The notes under the pieces are model-generated. The model had not been told where the DNA came from. It was given only the letters and a program-made list of their open reading frames with translations, and did not search any database. Shown here one piece after another: positions 9,570-17,765 of a DNA stretch of 64,000 bases (within the stretch, counting starts at the first letter, position 1; every line of letters starts with the position of its first letter). The stretch spans positions 1 through 64,000 of the IMG/VR virus record IMGVR_UViG_3300043603_000010; one strand, 5' to 3'. Both the position numbers and the translations under genes were made by a program. The DNA comes from a virus (Duplodnaviria; Caudoviricetes).

Positions 9570-9826
9570 CCGTACCGCAGAACGGGTCCAGGCCCGTGCA
9601 GTCCCCGGTGGACCCGCTGAACCCGTTCATCGGCGAGTACCCGGCGCACCTGGTGAACGACGTGTACAACGGGCCGATCGGCCAGCGACTGATCATGACC
9701 ATGCGGGTGGGCAACGCCACAGTGACGGCGATGCTGGCCAAGGACGACGCGATCAAGTGGCGGGACCAGATCACCGAGTACATCGGCAAGATGAACGGCC
9801 TGATCCTGCCGCCGTCCGGTGGCTGA
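9566..9826 (+). CDS. Hypothetical protein
   Basis: GTG start overlapping previous stop; GC3-biased frame. Confidence 0.6.
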   Translation: MTVPQNGSRPVQSPVDPLNPFIGEYPAHLVNDVYNGPIGQRLIMTMRVGNATVTAMLAKDDAIKWRDQITEYIGKMNGLILPPSGG

Positions 9827-9849
9827 TTTAGTCCAACCGGTAATACGAA

Positions 9850-9878
9850 TTGACATCCGGGCCGACCGGTCCTAGCGT
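9850..9878 (+). promoter_or_regulatory. Sigma70/HrdB-type promoter for the Y-RNA/Ro60 cassette
   Basis: TTGACA (9850-55), 17 nt, TAGCGT (9873-78); predicted +1 near G9886, the first base of Y RNA unit 1. Confidence 0.8.
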
Positions 9879-9885
9879 GGACCCC

Positions 9886-10025
9886 GTCTAGGTGCGCAGG
9901 TGCTCGGTACTTCACCCAAACTGCGGGTCGCGGGTTCGAATCCCGCTGGCGGTCGGAAGACCGATGTAGCTCAGTGGATAGAGCAGCAGTCTCCAAGAGC
10001 CGATCACCGACTTTGATCTCCGGAC
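9886..10025 (+). ncRNA. YrlA-like Y RNA unit 1 (circularly permuted tRNA-like domain)
   Basis: T-arm GCGGG-TTCGAAT-CCCGC precedes an acceptor-like stem closed by GGAA, then D-arm GCTC-AGTGGATA-GAGC; ends pair into a long stem with GGTGCG / TTGATCT. Confidence 0.85.
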
Positions 10026-10035
10026 ACACAAGCTT

Positions 10036-10176
10036 CCCGCAGGTGCGACAGAAGATCCTTACTTCCCTCTGGAGGACGTGGTTGCGGGTTCGAGTCCCGC
10101 CAGCTGGCCCAACACGTCAGCTGTAGCTCAACTGGCAGAGCGCGTACGTCAGGATCATCGCCTTGACCTCTGCGGG
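10036..10176 (+). ncRNA. YrlA-like Y RNA unit 2
   Basis: T-arm GCGGG-TTCGAGT-CCCGC, stem CAGCTGG/TCAGCTG, D-arm GCTC-AACTGGCA-GAGC; closing CCCGCAG/CTGCGGG and GATCCT/AGGATC. Confidence 0.85.
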
Positions 10177-10194
10177 TCACAACTGAATACGCAC

Positions 10195-10267
10195 CTCCCG
10201 GTGCGAAGGCAAATCGGGTACGTCTCGGTAAAAGAAACCCCCGGACCGCCGTTACTGATCTCGGGAG
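10195..10267 (+). ncRNA. Short Y-RNA-like unit 3 (no tRNA-like domain)
   Basis: CTCCCG/CGGGAG closing stem with the same GGTGCG and ACTGATCT motifs. Confidence 0.65.
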
Positions 10268-10281
10268 GCCACAGCATCGGT

Positions 10282-10383
10282 ACCTGGTGCGCAGTGGACG
10301 GTTCCTTCGGTTCGAATCCGGAGCACTCTCCCCGAAAGGGTCGGGGTGTTCGGCGTAAACCGTCCGCGCTACTGATCTCGGGT
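10282..10383 (+). ncRNA. Y-RNA-like unit 4 (T-loop present, D-arm absent)
   Basis: GGTGCG 5' motif, GGACGGTT/AACCGTCC stem, GG-TTCGAAT-CC, CCC-GAAA-GGG, ACTGATCT 3' motif. Confidence 0.7.
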
Positions 10384-10424
10384 CCACTGCTCAGCCTCCC
10401 TCCGACCGAGTGGAGGCTTTTCCC

Positions 10425-12044
10425 TTGTCCAAGTTCAACAGCCCGACGGCGCGCCCGACGGCGCGCCAGCCCGTGACCACGACCGGGCCCGCCACCACGT
10501 ACGAGGGCGGAGCGGGGTTCGCCCGCGATACCCGGTCCGACCTGGTTCTGCTCGCCGTGACCAACATGGTCGGTGAGCAGACCTTCTACGAGAGCGGCAG
10601 CGACCGGGACACCAGGTACGCCGGTCTGGTCCGCGCCTGCGCGGTCAGCGACCCGCAGTGGACCCTGGACTTCCTGCGCTGGCTGCGCGGTGAGGCCAAC
10701 ATGCGCTCCGCCTCCCTGGTCGGCGCGGCGGAGTTCGTCAAGGGCCGCCTGGAGGCCGTGGCCGCCGGGGACCTGGTGCCCGACATCAGGGCGGAGAACA
10801 CCCAGGTCGGGGGCTGGAACCGCAAGGCGGTGGACGCGGTGCTCCAGCGGGCCGACGAGCCCGGCGAGTTCCTCGCCTACTGGACGTCGCACTACGGCCG
10901 CAGGCTGCCCCAGCCGGTCAAGCGCGGTGTGGCGGACGCGGTCCGGCGACTGTACACGGAGCGGTCCCTGCTGAAGTACGACACGGCCAGTCACGGCTAC
11001 CGCTTCGCCGACGTGATCGACCTGGTGCACCCGGGTCCGGCGTCCGAAAAGCCGTACCAGGGCGACCTGTTCGTCCACGCCCTGGACCGACGTCACGGCC
11101 ACGCCGACAGCATCCCGGAGCGCCTGCTCAAGATCCGAGCCAACGCGTCGCTGCGCAGCTCGGACAACCTGTCGGCATGGTTGAACCCGCAGACACTGGA
11201 CGCCGCAGGGATGACCTGGGAGGACGCCCTGTCCGCCGTCGGGTCCAAGGTCGACAAGGCCGCGCTGTGGTCCGCCATGATCCCGTCCATGGGGATCATG
11301 GCGCTGATCCGCAACCTGCGGAACTTCGATGAGTCCGGAGTCACGGACGCGGTGGCCACCAAGGTCTGCGCCCGGCTGATGGACCCTGCGGAGATCGCCC
11401 GGTCCCGCCAGTTCCCGTTCCGGTTCCTGTCGGCGTACCGCGCCGCTCCGTCGCTGCGCTGGGGCTACGCCCTGGACACCGCGCTCACCCTGGCGACGTC
11501 CAACATCCCGGCGCTGCCCGGCCGCACCCTGGTCATGGTCGACACGTCCGCGTCGATGCAGGGCGCCGTGTCCGCCAAGAGCACGATCCGGCACGTGGAC
11601 GTCGGCGCGCTGTTCGGCGTGGCGCTGGCGGCCCGGGGCAGCCAGGTGGACCTGGTGGGGTTCGCCGACGGGGTGTTCCCCCACCCGCTGCGGAAGGGTG
11701 GTTCGGTGCTCGCGCAGACCGAGGCGTTCACCCGGCGGGTCGGGGAGGTCGGCCACGGCACCAACACAGTCGGCGCTCTCCGGGCCGCGTACAGCGGCCA
11801 CGACCGGGTGGTGATCCTGCACGACGGGCAGTACGGCAGCTTCGCTCTCAACTGGCCGCAGCTGTCCACCGTGCTGGCGCCGGGCGTCCCGCTGTTCAGC
11901 ATCGACACGACCGGCTACCAGGCCGCGCCGGTGGATGCCTCGCAGCCGAACCGGTACGAGATCGGCGGGTTCTCGGACAAGCTGTTCACGATGGTGAGTC
12001 TGCTCAGCCGGGGACGGGACGCCGGTTGGCCGTGGGAGGGGTAG
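10425..12044 (+). CDS. rsr: Ro60/TROVE-domain RNA-binding protein with C-terminal vWA domain
   Basis: SKFN...TTYEGGAGF...LAVTNMVGEQTFYE...EANMRS...MGIMALIRNLRN...QFPFRFLSAY...LVMVDTSASM (MIDAS); TTG start after GGAGG. Confidence 0.93.
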   Translation: MSKFNSPTARPTARQPVTTTGPATTYEGGAGFARDTRSDLVLLAVTNMVGEQTFYESGSDRDTRYAGLVRACAVSDPQWTLDFLRWLRGEANMRSASLVGAAEFVKGRLEAVAAGDLVPDIRAENTQVGGWNRKAVDAVLQRADEPGEFLAYWTSHYGRRLPQPVKRGVADAVRRLYTERSLLKYDTASHGYRFADVIDLVHPGPASEKPYQGDLFVHALDRRHGHADSIPERLLKIRANASLRSSDNLSAWLNPQTLDAAGMTWEDALSAVGSKVDKAALWSAMIPSMGIMALIRNLRNFDESGVTDAVATKVCARLMDPAEIARSRQFPFRFLSAYRAAPSLRWGYALDTALTLATSNIPALPGRTLVMVDTSASMQGAVSAKSTIRHVDVGALFGVALAARGSQVDLVGFADGVFPHPLRKGGSVLAQTEAFTRRVGEVGHGTNTVGALRAAYSGHDRVVILHDGQYGSFALNWPQLSTVLAPGVPLFSIDTTGYQAAPVDASQPNRYEIGGFSDKLFTMVSLLSRGRDAGWPWEG

Positions 12045-12069
12045 TCTGACCCCTGCTGAGTGAGACACG

Positions 12070-12101
12070 AGCCCCGGCCGTTCTGCAAAGGGCCGGGGCT
12101 T
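12070..12101 (+). terminator. Terminator after Ro60
   Basis: AGCCCCGGCC...GGCCGGGGCT stem followed by TCT. Confidence 0.7.
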
Positions 12102-12172
12102 CTCGCTGTCCGGAAGGTGCTGGGGAAGATCCGCGCTACGCTGCCCCCATCGACCGGACGGAGGGCCGGAGT

Positions 12173-14014
12173 ATGCCGTGGTACAGCGCATTCGGCTTCG
12201 GGCCCCGCGCTCCGGCCCGCAAGGAACTGCCGGACATGGCCGCGCTGGTGGCCGCTGTCGCCCCGGTGCGTGCTCCGCAGGGCCAGTTCATGCGGCACCC
12301 GGACCGCTGGCAGAACCAGGTCTGGGGCTATTTCGACACGCTGGGGGAGTACAACTACGGCGTCCAGTGGCTGGCGTCGATGCTCTCCCGGGTCCGGCTG
12401 CGCGCGGCGAAGATGACGCCCGGCTCCGACGAACCGGAGATCATCGATGTGGGCCCGGCTGCCGAGATCATGGCCAAGCTGGGCCGGGGCGTCGGCGGCC
12501 AGAGCGAACTCATGCGCCGGATGTCCGTCCAGCTGTCCGTCCCCGGCGAGTGCTACCTGATCGGTGAGGAGCGCTTCGGGGAGGAGATCTGGTCGGTCCG
12601 GTCCATCGACGAAGTGCGGGCCAGCGCGAGCGGGGCCACGCTGGAGAACGGCGGCGGCTGGGAGGTCACCGACGAATCCAACCCGAACCTGGGGCAGATC
12701 TGGCGTCCGCTTGAGGCGGACTCGATCCCGGTCCGGATCTGGCGTCCGCACGACCGCTGGTACCACCTGGCGGACAGCCCGTCGCGGTCCGCTCTGGAGA
12801 TCCTGCGTGAGCTGGAGCTGGTCAACCGGCACATCCTCGCCCAGTACCTCAGCCGCCTGGCGTCGGCCGGAGTGCTGCTGCTCCCGGAAGAGGTCAGCTT
12901 CCCGGCGAAGGAGGAGTACGCCGACAGCGCGGACCCCTTCGTCGAAGAGTGGATCGACATCGCCGCACAGGCGATCAAGAACCCCGGGGATGCGTCGTCG
13001 ATCATCCCGATCATCCTCAGGCTGCCCTCCGACTACATTGCCGCCGTCAAGCACCTGGACTTCACCCTCAAGATCGATGATCACATCATCGACAAGCGCA
13101 ACAGCGTGCTGAAGCGGCTTGCGACCAAGCTGGACCTGCCGTCCTCGGTGCTGTTGGGCCTGGAGGACATGAACCACTGGAACGCCTTCGCCGACCAGGA
13201 GTCCGGTACCCGTGAGCACGTCGCTCCGGCAGCGGAGACGATCTGCGACGCGCTGACGCACGGCTACCTGAAGCCCCGGCTGGAGGCCAGCGGAGAGGAT
13301 CCTGCCGGTTGGGTCGCCTGGTACGACTTGTCCGAGCTGGAGATCAAGCCGGACCGCTCGCAGAACGCCGAAGCTGCGTACGACCGGATGGAGCTGTCCG
13401 GAGAGGCGTACCGCCGGGAGAACGGGTTCAACGAGACCGACGCGCCCACCGACGAAGAACTGAAGACCATCCTGCTGAAGAACCTGGTGCGGACCGCGCA
13501 CGGCGCGGCGCCGGGTGCGGTGGACATCCTGGTCGGGACCGAACTGCTCACTCCGGCCACCCAGGGCCCCGGTGCCTCGGACAGTCAGGTGGGTATCGTC
13601 CCGGAGCCCGGCCAGCACCTCCCGGAAGGAGAGCAGGCGCCGGTCGCCCCCGCCGCGCCTCCGGACAAGACCGCTCCGGCCGGGCCTCCGCAGAAGGCAG
13701 AGGCCAGCGCAGAGGACGTGCTGCGCAGGCACCAGCAGGCGACCACGCAGCACGTCCTGGTGTTCCGCGCCGGAGAGCAGTGGGACCTGCGGCATCCGGA
13801 CGTCTGCGGGGACCACGCTTACGCATGCCCGTTCACCGAAGCGGTGGCCGGGGGCGGACTGGCTGTCCGGCCGGGGACACCCGGGTCCTACATGTGCCGT
13901 CTGGACGCGTTCGGACGGCTGCGCATCGACGGTCCCGCGCTGTACACCGACTTGTCCGGCATGGCGTCCACCCTGCTCACTCCGGCGGGTGCGAACGGGA
14001 GGAGCCGTGGCTGA
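12173..14014 (+). CDS. Portal protein
   Basis: Actinophage portal-like WQNQVWGYFDTLGEYNYGVQWLASMLSRVRL...RLASAGVLLLP...NHWNA; position before head genes. Confidence 0.82.
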   Translation: MPWYSAFGFGPRAPARKELPDMAALVAAVAPVRAPQGQFMRHPDRWQNQVWGYFDTLGEYNYGVQWLASMLSRVRLRAAKMTPGSDEPEIIDVGPAAEIMAKLGRGVGGQSELMRRMSVQLSVPGECYLIGEERFGEEIWSVRSIDEVRASASGATLENGGGWEVTDESNPNLGQIWRPLEADSIPVRIWRPHDRWYHLADSPSRSALEILRELELVNRHILAQYLSRLASAGVLLLPEEVSFPAKEEYADSADPFVEEWIDIAAQAIKNPGDASSIIPIILRLPSDYIAAVKHLDFTLKIDDHIIDKRNSVLKRLATKLDLPSSVLLGLEDMNHWNAFADQESGTREHVAPAAETICDALTHGYLKPRLEASGEDPAGWVAWYDLSELEIKPDRSQNAEAAYDRMELSGEAYRRENGFNETDAPTDEELKTILLKNLVRTAHGAAPGAVDILVGTELLTPATQGPGASDSQVGIVPEPGQHLPEGEQAPVAPAAPPDKTAPAGPPQKAEASAEDVLRRHQQATTQHVLVFRAGEQWDLRHPDVCGDHAYACPFTEAVAGGGLAVRPGTPGSYMCRLDAFGRLRIDGPALYTDLSGMASTLLTPAGANGRSRG

Positions 14015-17000
14015 GGACGCGTACTTGTCGAGGATCGGACCGTCTGAGCAGACCCTGGCGGAATGGCAGGAGTCACTCAGGGAGAGCACTGAGCAGCGGT
14101 CTTCTCTGTACGCTAGGGGCGGTGTCCTCCCTTCTGGAGTGATCATTACGTACAACGGCACTAGTTTTCCGGAAGAAGTCCGTCCGGTCAGGGTCCGCGA
14201 CTCCTGGCGCGAGGCGCTGCGCCAGCGCGGCCACCGGGCCGCCGTTGAGTACGCGGTGAACTTCGACGTCTCCTCCGACGCGCACAGCGGCTGCATGGTC
14301 GCCCTGATGCCGACGGCGGCCGACGCGGAACGCCTCGCTCTGCCTGATGGCGAAGCTGCTGACCAGCTGCACTGCACGCTGCTGTTCCTGGGAGGCGATG
14401 CGTCGGCGTGGCCGGACGCGCAGCGCGAAGGTCTGATCGAATCCGTGCGGCAGTGCTTCGCAGGCGCGCCCGTCCTGTCCGGGAACATCTTCGGAGCCGC
14501 CCACTGGAACGGCGACGGCGACGCGCCCTGCTGGGTGTGGAACGTCGGCGGCGGGGACGTGGACCTGGCCCACGGAGCTGCGCAGGAAGCCCTGTACGAG
14601 TGCGGGTCCCAGACGGCTCCCGACCAGCACGCTCCGTGGGCCGCGCACATCTGTGCCGTGTACACCGGGAACTTGTCCCCGCTTCCGGACCTGGAGGAGC
14701 GGCTGGGTCCGGTGGAGTTCGACCGGGTCCGGATCTCCTTCGGCGACACCGACACGGACATCCTGCTCGGGGACTCCCCGGTGACCGCTGCGGCCCGGGT
14801 CGATCCGGCCAACGGCGTCTTCCGCCGCAGGCTCACGCCGGTGGAACTGGCCAGCAAGTTCGACTTCGCCGGGCACCAGCGCAGCTGGCAGGACGCGCGC
14901 GCGGCAGCGCTGCACGACTGGGGCCCGGTGGCGTCCGACTGGCGGAACCAGATCAGTGCGCAGCTGGTGGCGGGGACCGATCCGGACCAGCTCACGCTGA
15001 CCACGACGGCCGGTGCGGACGTCCTGTACCGGCGCATGCTGGACGCGGCCGGTGCGGCGGCCCGTGCCCAGCAGCGCGCGGCGGAGCAGCAGGGCGTGAC
15101 GGTCCCGGAGTGGTCGCTGGAGGGCGACGGGGTGACGGCGGCCCTGTCCGGCCTCACACTGCTCCGGAAGATGGCGCAGACCACGTCCCGAGTGATCAGC
15201 TTGTCCCTGCTCACCTCCGCTCAGCGCAAGGCGCTCCGGCTGCTCGGCACCTTCTCCGGGATCCGGCTGGCGTCGGAGGTGGACGCGTTCCTCCAGGGGC
15301 TCACCGACAAGGTGGCCAAGGACAACATCGGTACCGCGATCACCGCTGCGCAGGCGTACGGCCAGCAGCTGGTCCTGGACGTGGCTCCGCAGGCCACCTA
15401 CTACGCGAGCGAAGTCCTGGACGACCGGTGCTGCCAGCCGTGCCGGGAGATCGACGGCAAAGCATTCTCCAACCTGGGCGATGCGGAAGCCACCTATCCG
15501 GGCGGCTGCTACGAGTCCTGTGACGGCGGCGGGAGCTGCCGTGGAACGATCGACACCGTATGGGGCGACGTGACAGCATCGGGCGCACCTGAGGAGGGCG
15601 CAGTGACCACAGCCGAAGAACTGGGGACCAGGCCGAACAAGGGCACCTCGAAGGACAGGCGGCTCAAGGAGAACCAGACGGCTTCGGACGCCCCGTGCGC
15701 AGAGTGCCCGGGGGATGCGGAGCACTTCGACCTCCGGGTGACCCCGGTGGCACAGCAGAGCGAGACCTTCGTCTGGGACGGGTCCGCGTCCCGGTTCACC
15801 GACCCGCAGTACCAGAAGGCCGCAGCAGCCTGCGACCCCGGGGACGGCACGGTCAAGGACCGCTGCTTCCTGCCGCACCACGATCCGGACGGCACGCTCA
15901 ACCGGGACGGACTGGCGGCAGCGGCCGGGCGCTTCTCCGGTCTGAGCGGCCACAGCGCGGCTGCGGTCGCCAAGGCGCGCTCCCACCTGGCCGCGCACTA
16001 CCGCTCGATCGGAGAAGACGTGCCCCCGAACCTGGAGACGGCCGCGCACACGCACAGCCTGGCGGTCGACTGCCCGCCCGGATGGAAGCCGGACACGGCC
16101 AGCGACGGGTGCGTGCCCGCAGACTGGCAGCCCGGGGACAGCGCGCCAGACTGCCCGGACGGCATGGTGCGCGACCCCGACGGAGACGGCTGCGTATCCG
16201 CGCCGGTGCAGGCCGCAGCCGTGCAGACGCAGGAGCCGGTGGTCGAACCGTCCGGCGGTCCCACCGCTCCGTGGGAGGGTGTGCTGGCGGTGGAGGGCGT
16301 GCCCACCGGCGACGGCCGCCAGTTCGCTCCGGACGCGCTGGACTGGCGGGACCTCCCGCTGCCGCTGCGCTGGAACCGGGTGGACAGCCACGGTGGAGAA
16401 GTGCGCACCGAGGCGGTCAACGTGGGCCGGATCGACTCGATCGAGCGAGTGGGCAACCAGCTGCGCGCCAAGGGAGTGTTCGACCTGAGCACCCCGGACG
16501 GCCAGACCGTGCACGACAAGGTCAAGGGCAAGTTCCTGCGGGGCGTCTCCATCGACGCGGACAACATCCAGAACGCGGACGTCGAACTGGTCTTCCCGGA
16601 CTCTGCGGAGATGGATGATGACGACCCGCTGGCCGCGCTCTTCGGTCCTCCGCCGGACATGGTCGTGTACCACGGCGGCCGGATCTCCGGCGCCACGATG
16701 TGCGACATCCCGGCCTTCCCGGAAGCGTTCATCGCCCTGACCGACGCGGACGGCGCGATGGTCGCCGGAGGCGCGCTCACCGGGGAGGAGTGGGACTTCC
16801 TCCAGCAGGCGGCCGACCGGGCGCGCACGGAGCGCCGGACCACGGTGTCCGCGATCCCGGAGCAGCCCCCGGCCGCCTGGTTCGAGAACCCCGGACTGTC
16901 CCAGGTCACCGGTATCACGGTGACCCACGACGGGCGGGTGTACGGCCACGCGGCGCAGTGGGGCAGCTGCCACATCGGGCAGGCCGGGTGTGTGCAGCCG

Positions 17001-17507
17001 CCTCGCGAGGACTACCACGCGCACTTCCTGACCGGTGAGGTGGTCTGCTCGGAGGGCAGCACCGTCAGCGTCGGGCAGATCACCGTCGGCATGGGCCACG
17101 CGTCGATGAACGCCAACGCGCAGGCGGCAGTCGAGCACTACGACGACACGTCGTGCGCTGTGGTGGACGTGGCCGTGGGCAACGACGTACACGGTATCTG
17201 GGTGGCCGGAGCAGTACGACCGGACGCGGACCCGGCGAAGGTCCGGGCCCTGCGTGCGGCCGGGCGCGTCTCCGGCGACTGGCGGCGCATCGGCGGCAAG
17301 CTCCGGCTGGTCGGCCTGCTCGCCATCAACGTGGCCGGATTCGCCCTGGAGACCCGTACCCGGGCCCGGGTGGCGTCGGGCGCACCGATGGCGCTGGTTG
17401 CCGCCGGTATGATCGACACGTCCGACAGCTACACCGAAGCAGAGATCGACCGGATGGCCATGCGCAGGGTGATGGACATCCTGGCCCGTCAGAACGAAGG
17501 AGAATGA
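14007..17507 (+). CDS. Head multidomain fusion: 2H phosphoesterase, MuF-like minor head domain, prohead maturation protease
   Basis: QLHCTLLFLG and PWAAHICAVY 2H motifs; DDRCCQPCREIDG...CDGGGSCRGT MuF-like; WEGVLAVEGVPTGDGR and DGRVYGHAAQWGSCHIG protease-like; GGAG RBS and GTG at 14007. Confidence 0.75.
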   Translation: MAEDAYLSRIGPSEQTLAEWQESLRESTEQRSSLYARGGVLPSGVIITYNGTSFPEEVRPVRVRDSWREALRQRGHRAAVEYAVNFDVSSDAHSGCMVALMPTAADAERLALPDGEAADQLHCTLLFLGGDASAWPDAQREGLIESVRQCFAGAPVLSGNIFGAAHWNGDGDAPCWVWNVGGGDVDLAHGAAQEALYECGSQTAPDQHAPWAAHICAVYTGNLSPLPDLEERLGPVEFDRVRISFGDTDTDILLGDSPVTAAARVDPANGVFRRRLTPVELASKFDFAGHQRSWQDARAAALHDWGPVASDWRNQISAQLVAGTDPDQLTLTTTAGADVLYRRMLDAAGAAARAQQRAAEQQGVTVPEWSLEGDGVTAALSGLTLLRKMAQTTSRVISLSLLTSAQRKALRLLGTFSGIRLASEVDAFLQGLTDKVAKDNIGTAITAAQAYGQQLVLDVAPQATYYASEVLDDRCCQPCREIDGKAFSNLGDAEATYPGGCYESCDGGGSCRGTIDTVWGDVTASGAPEEGAVTTAEELGTRPNKGTSKDRRLKENQTASDAPCAECPGDAEHFDLRVTPVAQQSETFVWDGSASRFTDPQYQKAAAACDPGDGTVKDRCFLPHHDPDGTLNRDGLAAAAGRFSGLSGHSAAAVAKARSHLAAHYRSIGEDVPPNLETAAHTHSLAVDCPPGWKPDTASDGCVPADWQPGDSAPDCPDGMVRDPDGDGCVSAPVQAAAVQTQEPVVEPSGGPTAPWEGVLAVEGVPTGDGRQFAPDALDWRDLPLPLRWNRVDSHGGEVRTEAVNVGRIDSIERVGNQLRAKGVFDLSTPDGQTVHDKVKGKFLRGVSIDADNIQNADVELVFPDSAEMDDDDPLAALFGPPPDMVVYHGGRISGATMCDIPAFPEAFIALTDADGAMVAGGALTGEEWDFLQQAADRARTERRTTVSAIPEQPPAAWFENPGLSQVTGITVTHDGRVYGHAAQWGSCHIGQAGCVQPPREDYHAHFLTGEVVCSEGSTVSVGQITVGMGHASMNANAQAAVEHYDDTSCAVVDVAVGNDVHGIWVAGAVRPDADPAKVRALRAAGRVSGDWRRIGGKLRLVGLLAINVAGFALETRTRARVASGAPMALVAAGMIDTSDSYTEAEIDRMAMRRVMDILARQNEGE

Positions 17508-17509
17508 CC

Positions 17510-17620
17510 ATGTGCGGCTGCACTCCCCAGGTTGCGCCCCCTCCGCCCCCTCCGCCTGTCGAGACGCCCGCTCCGCCGGTGGAGCAGGCAGGACTCCTGG
17601 AGACTGCTCCGGCGGAGTAG
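17510..17620 (+). CDS. Small Pro-rich MCGC peptide
   Basis: MCGCTPQVAPPPPPPPV; follows GAAGGAGA RBS. Confidence 0.5.
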   Translation: MCGCTPQVAPPPPPPPVETPAPPVEQAGLLETAPAE

Positions 17621-17635
17621 TCCAGGATCGAAAGT

Positions 17636-17674
17636 CATTAGCCCCATCGGTTCGACGAATCGATGGGGCTAATG
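17636..17674 (+). terminator. Hairpin upstream of capsid gene
   Basis: CATTAGCCCCATCG...CGATGGGGCTAATG 14-bp stem; AT-rich tract with TATGGT downstream may be a promoter. Confidence 0.6.
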
Positions 17675-17765
17675 CACGTTCTTTTGTGTTTCCAAGGTCG
17701 ACTGCTATGGTTCGCCCAAACGCGTGATCAAATATCGTGCCCCGTGCGCTCCTTGGAGGCCACCC

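Noticed and set aside
9886-10383. Genuine tRNA genes upstream of TROVE
   Set aside because: The T-arm precedes the D-arm, the acceptor stem is closed by a loop, and there is no anticodon loop, so these are permuted Y-RNA-type mimics rather than tRNAs.
13515-14006. Track start of the 1330-aa ORF at 13515
   Set aside because: It overlaps the portal C-terminus in another frame. GGAG plus GTG at 14007 is the plausible start.
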